Of a DNA stretch of 64,000 nucleotides, positions 7,693 through 15,200 are shown one piece after another (position 1 is the stretch's first letter; each line of letters starts with the position of its first letter). The notes under the pieces are model-generated. The model was not told the DNA's origin and did no database searches. It worked only from the letters and a program-made list of their open reading frames with translations. This DNA is from Patescibacteria group bacterium (GTDB taxonomy: Bacteria > Patescibacteriota > Microgenomatia > UBA1400 > MFAQ01). The DNA lies in assembly GCA_943355005.1 (NCBI GenBank), contig CALRDV010000005.1, positions 4,999-68,998 on the forward strand, given 5' to 3'. The position numbers and the translations under genes were made by a program.

Positions 7693-9531
7693 ATGAAATT
7701 ATTCAATAAAAATCATGGTTTCTCCCTCGTCGAACTCCTCATCGCCATGGGTCTCTTGACGATTTTCATCCCCGCTCTAGTCAGTGGCCTCTCCGCCGCC
7801 AGATCAGGTAAAGTTCAGCAAGAACAAAGACTAAGCGCCATGTCCTATCTCAAAGAAGCGGAGGAAGCAGCTAGGGCAGTAAGAAATAATGATTGGGCAA
7901 ATGTCAAAACAGCGGGGACATACTACCCATCCATTTCAGGAAACACTTGGATACTAAATTCCGGCACTCAAAATATTAGCGGATTTACCAGATCAATTAT
8001 TATCAGTGATGTTTCCCGTGACTCTATCTCCGGTAATATTTCTTCGACCGGGACAGTTCCGGATCCCTCAGTCAAAAAAGTCGACATTTCGGTTTCGTGG
8101 ACCACGCCTTTTTATTCGCATGTGGACTCCACCTTTTATGTGAGCCGATATTTATCAAATACTCCACTTGCCGGCTCCGGAACTATTCAGCCTTTTTCCG
8201 GAAATGGTAATTGGTGTACTCCTTCACTGTCCATTACAAACGTAGATTTATCAGGTCAAGGTGTCCCAAACGCTGTATCCGCGATTTCCGGTCAAGTATT
8301 TGCGGCCACCGGAGCGAACGCTTCCGGAGTCTCTTTTGCAGATGTATTACTCACCGATCCGGCCTATCCTTCACCCCCGGTCTCAACCCTAAACGGTACA
8401 TTCAATGGCTTCAAAACCAATGGCATTTTTGGTGATAGTAGTTACGCATATATCACGACCGATACGAATTCCAAAGAAGTTGTCATTATCGATTTGGCAC
8501 ACAAGGACATCAGTAACAAATTTCTTTTGGCCGGCGTTTTTGACGCTCCTGGGAATACCAGTGCCAAGGGCATCTTTGTAACCGCGACCTACGGATATAT
8601 GACTACGGGAAGCAAGATGTTCAACTTTAATAAAGTAGGTTCAAGTCTTCCCTTGGATAATAACGGAGTCGCGCTCGATGGACTCGGTCAGAGGATTAGT
8701 GTGGTTGGGAACTACGCCTATGTTGCTACAGATTCAACCGGAAACCAGTTAAACATCATCGATATCAGCAATCCGTCGGATCTTAAGAAAGTCGATACCG
8801 TTCATGTCGATGGAAAAGCCGGAAAAGATGTCTTCATTAATACCGCCGGAACTCGAGCATATTTGGTAACTGCCTCATCTGCTTCTCAGCGGGAATTCTT
8901 CATTATTAATATCGACAAAACCAGTGCCAACTACAAACAAATAATTAGCTCTTACGACACAAGCGGTATGAATCCTACAGGGGTTTCCGTTGTTACACCA
9001 AAGAAAGGTATTATCGTCGGTATCGGTGGACTTGAATACCAGGTAATCGATTTAAGCGACGAAACCAATATTCCTTCCACGCCATGTGGAACTCTAAATA
9101 TTGATTCTGGTATTAACGGTGTTTCTTCCATATTGACGACCAGCACTCCTCCAAGAGCCTATTCATATATCATCACCAGCGTCCACTCGAAAGAACTTCA
9201 AATCATTGAAGGGGGAAGTGGAGGGGGAGGTGGCACAGGAATGTTCGAATCAACCACTTTCGACGCCGGTCACGACGTCGCCTTTAACTACTTCACTGCG
9301 ACTGCGGATCCAAATTTGACCTACAAATTCTCTATCAAACATGGCATAAGTGGCAGCTGTGCAGGAGTCACTTTCTCCGACAGTGATTACAATTTACTTC
9401 CCATAGGTAGTCTTCCTTTAACTACGATAGGAGCAGGCTATACCAATCCGGGTCAGTGTATGCGCTATCGGGTCACTAATTCCGCCTCCTCCGCAGTCAG
9501 TTATTCTCTAACTATCAATTACTCACCATGA
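7693..9531 (+). CDS. Giant pilin-like protein (about 610 aa) with a prepilin N-terminus
   Basis: The N-terminus MKLFNKNHGFSLVELLIAMGLLTIFIP matches the G-FSLVE motif. A large S/T/G-rich extracellular region contains a GGSGGGGGTG tract. The upstream extension of the ORF to 7669 is probably not translated. Confidence 0.65.
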   Translation: MKLFNKNHGFSLVELLIAMGLLTIFIPALVSGLSAARSGKVQQEQRLSAMSYLKEAEEAARAVRNNDWANVKTAGTYYPSISGNTWILNSGTQNISGFTRSIIISDVSRDSISGNISSTGTVPDPSVKKVDISVSWTTPFYSHVDSTFYVSRYLSNTPLAGSGTIQPFSGNGNWCTPSLSITNVDLSGQGVPNAVSAISGQVFAATGANASGVSFADVLLTDPAYPSPPVSTLNGTFNGFKTNGIFGDSSYAYITTDTNSKEVVIIDLAHKDISNKFLLAGVFDAPGNTSAKGIFVTATYGYMTTGSKMFNFNKVGSSLPLDNNGVALDGLGQRISVVGNYAYVATDSTGNQLNIIDISNPSDLKKVDTVHVDGKAGKDVFINTAGTRAYLVTASSASQREFFIINIDKTSANYKQIISSYDTSGMNPTGVSVVTPKKGIIVGIGGLEYQVIDLSDETNIPSTPCGTLNIDSGINGVSSILTTSTPPRAYSYIITSVHSKELQIIEGGSGGGGGTGMFESTTFDAGHDVAFNYFTATADPNLTYKFSIKHGISGSCAGVTFSDSDYNLLPIGSLPLTTIGAGYTNPGQCMRYRVTNSASSAVSYSLTINYSP

Positions 9532-10031
9532 AAATAAATTCTAAAAATCATCGTGGTTTGCCTCGCCATCAGGCGGGATTTTCGATTTTGGAACTTCTGA
9601 TTTACATGGGAGTATCCGCTTTTTTACTTGGTTCATTGACTCAGATATTTGTACTAATCAGTAGGCTTAGATTAGACACTCAAGCCTCTTCAGAGCTCCA
9701 GCAAGATGGTATGTTCCTGTTATCCAGGATGAGTTATGATTTGGCCCGCTCAGGTACCATCACTACACCTGCTCTTGGCTCACAAGGAGCCATCCTACAG
9801 ACAGATATGATTAAGTATTCCCTGGACGCTAACAATCACATTCAAATAACTGATTTGTCCGGCTCAGATATGATTTCCGGTTATGACACTACGGTTTCGG
9901 GTCTAAACTTCTTGCACCTTAAGAGTGGCAGTAAAGATAACGTCCAAGTTTCTTTTACTCTTACCAGCAAAGTGGTCAAGGCCGGAGGGTCGCAGACTAA
10001 ACAATTTATTACAACTATTGGTACAAGGTAA
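9528..10031 (+). CDS. Pseudopilin with a prepilin-type N-terminus
   Basis: The N-terminus reads ...HQAGFSILELLIYMGVSAFLLGSL, which matches the G-FSILE motif. Confidence 0.65.
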   Translation: MKINSKNHRGLPRHQAGFSILELLIYMGVSAFLLGSLTQIFVLISRLRLDTQASSELQQDGMFLLSRMSYDLARSGTITTPALGSQGAILQTDMIKYSLDANNHIQITDLSGSDMISGYDTTVSGLNFLHLKSGSKDNVQVSFTLTSKVVKAGGSQTKQFITTIGTR

Positions 10032-10032
10032 T

Positions 10033-10419
10033 ATGAAAAGGTCAACTCAAAAAGGAAACGTCTTAATTACTCTGATAATTTTTATGTTGATTTCTACCAT
10101 AGTTATCTCAGCGGCGGTTGCTATGATAATTACCAATACCGGCGCAATATCCGGTATCGAGCAAGGCCAGATGGCTTACCAAGCAGCCGAAAGTGGAGTG
10201 GAAGAAGCTGTAATTCAGCTATTAAGAAACCCCAATTTCTCAGGCACTGTCAGCAATATTTCTACCGGACTTTCTAAATTCACCTATACTGTCAGTGTAT
10301 CTTCGCCCAAAACCATTGATTCATATGGCTCATATTTAGGCTTCAAAAGGCATATCTATGTCACCACCTCGTATAATTCAGGACAGTTAGTGGTCAATCC
10401 TTGGCAAGAATCTTTTTAA
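10033..10419 (+). CDS. Minor pilin-like (PilX-like) protein
   Basis: The start was chosen at MKRSTQKGNVLITLIIFMLISTIVISAAV, which directly abuts the previous stop codon. It has a hydrophobic N-terminal helix but no canonical G-F-xLxE motif. Confidence 0.4.
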   Translation: MKRSTQKGNVLITLIIFMLISTIVISAAVAMIITNTGAISGIEQGQMAYQAAESGVEEAVIQLLRNPNFSGTVSNISTGLSKFTYTVSVSSPKTIDSYGSYLGFKRHIYVTTSYNSGQLVVNPWQESF

Positions 10420-10432
10420 TTACAAAAAAACC

Positions 10433-11443
10433 ATGCCCAAAAAAAGAAACTCCATCATTAAAATAGAAGGTGATAGATTAATCTTCGAAAATTCGGATTT
10501 ATCCAAGTCTCTCAAATTTAATTATCCTGCGGATACAGTTAGAGATTTAGAAATACTTGATGCCGAGAAGTTGGAAGAGGGGATTCAAACTTTCATCACC
10601 AAGAATGAAATTTCTGCCGGTTCTCTGCTCTTGGTACTTTCCAAAAATATTACCTTCCAAAAATCAATTTCTTCTTCAAACATAGAACAAGAAAGAACAG
10701 CTTTCTTGGACAGTATACCTTTCGAAACCATCTCTTCCAAAATTTACGGGAAGAAGGATAGTCAGGTAATTGTCGCTACCAATCGAGATCTTGTTCAGAA
10801 ATTCCAATCAATATTTGTTCACCTAGGTTTTCAGGTTGAGGGTGTCGTTCCTGAAGAATTATTACCGGAAAATTACTCGGATCTGTACCTAAAAAAATCT
10901 ACATCCTATTCTCATCTCAGTATGGCAGGTAACTCCGGCTACAAAGAAACCAAAATCAATAAAATCGCCAAGAAAGAGATAGAAGCCAGCAAAAATCTGC
11001 GCTTACTCCTTACCCTCTTTGGATTTTCTTTCCTCGTCCTAGGTGGCGCCTACTACTACTCCCACCGAGAGTACGATTCGGCAAAAGTCTCAGAGGTTGT
11101 CATTCCCGACCTGATCGGGAATCCATCCGGAATACCTACAAACACATTATCCGACCCTTCCACCTTATCGGTCAAGATTTTATATCGTCCACAAGAGGAA
11201 TTATCAGCCAAGGAGTTGCAAAGTATTTTATGGTCAAGTGGTTTCAAGAATACCGATTTAGTTGCCACCACTTCCGCTGGCCTGAGCACAAATCTCTCTT
11301 TGTCGCCGAACCTTCCTCCAGACCTAATTCAAAAGATTCAAGGAGAACTCTCCAAAATCGACAAAAACTACACTGTTGACTCACTAGTTTCGGAAAATTC
11401 GGAAGTAACGATTTTACTTGCTAAATCAAGCAAAAAGCGATAA
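10433..11443 (+). CDS. Hypothetical pilus-assembly membrane protein (PilM/PilN-like by position)
   Basis: It has a single central TM helix (LRLLLTLFGFSFLVLGGAYYY) and sits between pseudopilin genes and the major pilin gene. I recognised no diagnostic motifs. Confidence 0.35.
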   Translation: MPKKRNSIIKIEGDRLIFENSDLSKSLKFNYPADTVRDLEILDAEKLEEGIQTFITKNEISAGSLLLVLSKNITFQKSISSSNIEQERTAFLDSIPFETISSKIYGKKDSQVIVATNRDLVQKFQSIFVHLGFQVEGVVPEELLPENYSDLYLKKSTSYSHLSMAGNSGYKETKINKIAKKEIEASKNLRLLLTLFGFSFLVLGGAYYYSHREYDSAKVSEVVIPDLIGNPSGIPTNTLSDPSTLSVKILYRPQEELSAKELQSILWSSGFKNTDLVATTSAGLSTNLSLSPNLPPDLIQKIQGELSKIDKNYTVDSLVSENSEVTILLAKSSKKR

Positions 11444-11490
11444 TCCTAAATTTCACTATCAAAGTACATCAAAACATATCGGCAAAACTA

Positions 11491-11519
11491 TTGACATCTA
11501 TAGCTATAAGGTGTTTAAT
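11491..11519 (+). promoter_or_regulatory. Sigma70-like promoter for the major pilin gene
   Basis: TTGACA (11491-11496), a 17-bp spacer and TTTAAT (11514-11519) lie about 30 bp upstream of the pilin start codon. Confidence 0.45.
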
Positions 11520-11549
11520 CAGGGCATTAATAATAATTAATGCAAAGTT

Positions 11550-12005
11550 ATGGCCACCAAAAATAATAACCAAAAAGGTTTCACTCTCATCGAGCTTCTC
11601 GTCGTCATGGGAATTCTCGCCGTACTATTAACCGCCGTTTTGATGGCTATAAACCCATCCAGACAATTCGCTCAAGCCAGAGATTCTCAGCGCAGAAATG
11701 ATGTCTTAGCTGTACTAGATGCCGTCCAGCAAAGTATGGCCGACAACAAAGGTGTTCTTCCTGGCAGTATCACAGCCACCCCGACCGAAATTAAGACCGG
11801 TGGAATTGACCTCTGTAGCGAACTTATGCCGAAGTACATCTCCATTCTCCCTTCAGATCCTTCCTTAAATACTAGTCTTACTGTATGTCCAGCCTCTCCG
11901 GCCACCTACGCTACCAACTACTATATTTCTAAGGACTCTGATGGTCGCGTAACCGTCACTGCTAACGGAAAAGAAATTGCCACCTCAATTTCCGTCACCC
12001 GCTAA
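11550..12005 (+). CDS. pilA: Type IV major pilin (PilA-like)
   Basis: The N-terminus MATKNNNQKGFTLIELLVVMGILAVLLTAV is a canonical G-FTLIELL prepilin peptidase site. The gene is 151 aa and is followed by a strong terminator. Confidence 0.8.
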   Translation: MATKNNNQKGFTLIELLVVMGILAVLLTAVLMAINPSRQFAQARDSQRRNDVLAVLDAVQQSMADNKGVLPGSITATPTEIKTGGIDLCSELMPKYISILPSDPSLNTSLTVCPASPATYATNYYISKDSDGRVTVTANGKEIATSISVTR

Positions 12006-12021
12006 GACTTAATCGTCATTG

Positions 12022-12052
12022 CAAAAAAAACCCGCTTCGGCGGGTTTTTTGT
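12022..12052 (+). terminator. Rho-independent terminator after the major pilin gene
   Basis: The sequence is AAAAAAAA-CCCGC-ttcg-GCGGG-TTTTTTGT: a GC hairpin flanked by an A-tract and a T-tract. It is preceded by a half-repeat, CGTCATTGC, at 12013-12021. Confidence 0.85.
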
Positions 12053-12087
12053 ATCATAATCACCACACCCGCTCGCTTTACTCGCCT

Positions 12088-12110
12088 CCCTCTCCTTATT
12101 AAGGAGAGGG
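12088..12110. repeat. Perfect 10-bp inverted repeat (CCCTCTCCTT-att-AAGGAGAGGG)
   Basis: It was seen directly in the pilin/megaprotein intergenic region. It could be a second hairpin/terminator or a protein-binding site. Confidence 0.6.
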
Positions 12111-12137
12111 TTAGGGTGAGGTTATATCTTTTTCATT

Positions 12138-12169
12138 CGTCATTGCGAGGTACTCCGTGGCAATCCAGG
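12138..12169 (+). repeat. Palindromic repeat, type 2 (CGTCATTGCGAGGTACTCCGTGGCAATCCAGG), intergenic
   Basis: The 30-mer is identical to the copy inside the CDS at 51984-52014. Confidence 0.85.
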
Positions 12170-12257
12170 TTTTATTCCTTGTACCGAAAATCACATTTTC
12201 CTATTTGATTCCCTTTGATTCTATTGTATAATCCCATAATCATTATCGCAGTTATAA

Positions 12258-15200
12258 ATGACATCGAAATTTACGGGCGCCATCATCGTCGATTCCTCTT
12301 TTTGGGCAAAGCCCGGTGTCCAAAACAAATGGAAAAAAGCCCTAGATAAAATAGATACGGGATACCGCATTTTTGATAAGACAAAAAATAGGTTTGAAAT
12401 CAAGAAATCTCTCGCCAAATTCCTCAATGAAACTACAGCTCAAGAAGTTTTTCTAATAGACACCACACATACATCACCCTCCGACCTTGCCACCTTCTTC
12501 AAGTCAGCTCGTCACTCAGACAACCAGCTCTTCCTCCAATCCAATCCGTCCATCACTCCATTCCACAAAATCCTCTCCAAAAACCTGCACCACGGCCATG
12601 AAGTTTTAGCCTATTCACCTCTCAAACTTCTTCCCCAATCACTTTGCTACAATCTCAAACCCTCCGACCTCTCTTTTGGCACCGATCACGCCATCATCCA
12701 TCTCGCCACTCTGATGTCTCTCTCGATACAAAAAGTCGAGACCAAAATAATATCCAAGAAACGTCACCTACTTCAATCAAGTATTTCCCATCTATCCACC
12801 CGCCTTTCACCACCACGCCCGTATCACCTTCTGGGAGATAACTCGGACAATATGCTCGGCGCCGGCATGGTCCACAGAGGAAAAACTTTCATCACTCACA
12901 CCACTTTGAAAGAGCATCACAGCGCCACAAATACTTTTACTGTTCCTCAAGCTCTCACCGGACTATTTATCTTGCTCGTCCTCATCGCTGGTGTCCTCAC
13001 TTATCCCAGGAACACCATGATTGCTTTCACAGCCGTTCTCTCCACCATATATTTTATCGATGTTCTCTTTAATCTTTTCCTGGTGGGCAAAAGTCTTCAG
13101 ACACCTCCCGAATTGAAGTTCACCCCGGAAGAAGTGGCTAGTCTGAAAGACGAAGAATTACCGATTTATACCATCCTTGTTCCTTTATTCAGAGAAGCCC
13201 TCGTCCTCCCTGGTTTTGTCGAATCAATTTCCAAGATGAACTATCCTCAATCAAAATTGGATGTGCTTCTTCTCATGGAGGAGGATGATAAAGAAACTAT
13301 AGACGTCGCCAATTCTTTAAATCTTCCCGCCTTTATCCGCCAAATCATCGTGCCTCACTCCATGCCGAAGTCCAAGCCCAAGGCCTGTAACTACGGTTTA
13401 GCTTTTGCGAAAGGGGAGTACCTCGTAATTTACGACGCCGAAGATCATCCGGATGCAGATCAGCTGAAGAAAGCCATTTTAGGATTCCGTTCTTCACCTC
13501 CGGAAGTTGCCTGTCTCCAAGCCAAGCTAAATTATCACAACGCCAATCAGAATTTACTTACCCGTTTCTTTACCGCCGAGTATTCTTTGTGGTTCGATGT
13601 TGTCCTCCCCGGCATGCAGTCCATCAATACTTCCATTCCCTTAGGTGGCACTTCCAATCATTTCCGAGTCAAAGATATTATTAAGTTCCGAGGTTGGGAC
13701 GCTTTCAATGTTACCGAAGATGCTGACTTGGGTTCTCGCCTTTTCCGCGCCGGCTACCGCACTGCCATTGTTGATTCTGTCACTTTAGAAGAAGCCAATA
13801 GTAAAGTAGGAAACTGGATTCGTCAGCGTTCTCGCTGGATCAAGGGCTACATGCAGACCTATTTAGTTCACACTCGCGATTGGCGAACTTTTTACAAAGA
13901 ACAAGGCTTGCATGCTGTTATCTTTCAGCTCTCCGTCGGCGGCAAGATTGCCTTCATGCTCATCAATCCACTTTTGTGGGTTATGACCATTTCCTACTTT
14001 GCTCTATATAAATATGTTGGACCAACCATCGAGAGTTTTTACCCAACTCCCGTTTTCTACATGGCTGCGTTTTCTCTAGTCTTTGGAAACTTCCTTTTCC
14101 TCTACTACTACATGATTGGTGTCGCCAAGCACGGACACTGGACCCTGGTCAAATGGGTTTTCCTCGTTCCTCTTTACTGGTTACTTCTTAGTCGAGCTGC
14201 CCTCAAGGCACTTTATCAATTAGTCGTAAATCCACACTATTGGGAGAAGACTGATCACGGTTTACATTTTAGTTTCTTAGCCAAGAAACAAGCCAAAGCA
14301 GAACAGAAAGCCGCCCGCAAAAATAATCACAAAGTCTCTCTCTTCTTCCTCACCGCAATTCTTAATGTTTTAAACCTCCTCCAAAAACTCACTACTCCGA
14401 AACCATCCGTCATTGCGAGTTTCGGTAAACCGAACCGAAGCAATCTCACTCCATCAAACGACAATGTCATTCCGGGCTCGACCCGGAATCCAGAATCTGT
14501 CATTGCGAGCAAAGCGAAGCAATCTAGCTCAATAGCTTCGTCATTGCGAGATTCGTACTCGAACCGAAGCAATCTCATACCATCCAGACTCACATCATCA
14601 TTCAAAAAAGCCTACTACCACCCCCAAGCCGGTAGCATCATGCTCATCATCGCTTCCGTTCTCGGCAACTTCCTAAACTTCGTCTACAGCGCCTACCTCG
14701 GCAACACCATTAGTCTCGAGCAGTTCGGTCTCATCAGTCTTTTTGGCAGCTTTCTATATCTCACTCAAATTCCAACCAGTATTTTTGGAAGTTCCGTCAC
14801 CCGCGAAAGCGCTTTCTATTTTGGTAAGGAGAAAACTCAGCCCAAACATATTTGGAAACAATTTCGTCGCTGGGGAATCTACTTCTCTCTAATTCTTACA
14901 GTTATTTGGCTTCTTTCCATTCCATTTCTCCGGTCTATCTTCAAAGGCGATTCCTTTATTCCTTTTTACATATTCTCCCCGGTCATAATTCTCGGCTTAC
15001 TTTCTTCCGTTGATAGGGGGTTCTTGAATGGCACTCTTCGTTTCAAAATCCTCGCCACCGTCGGTATCACTGAGGCCGTCATTAAACTTCTGTTTACTAT
15101 CCTTTTGGTATCCATCAATCAGAAGCAGAATGTCTATCTCGCTCTACCTCTCTCCATGGCTTTCTCTTTCTTGCTTAGTTGGTTCTTCGCCAGCAGAGTT

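Noticed and set aside
14408-14576. The tandem short repeats could have been a CRISPR array
   Set aside because: The repeat units are palindromic but the 'spacers' are only 5-18 bp and are themselves parts of the elements. The copies are in frame within a CDS and dispersed singly elsewhere, and no cas genes are present. There is no CRISPR array here.
14327-14605. A minus-strand 92-aa ORF spanning the tandem repeat cluster
   Set aside because: It is created by the palindromic nature of the repeats: both strands stay open. It sits inside a long, motif-supported plus-strand CDS and has no start context or homology signal.
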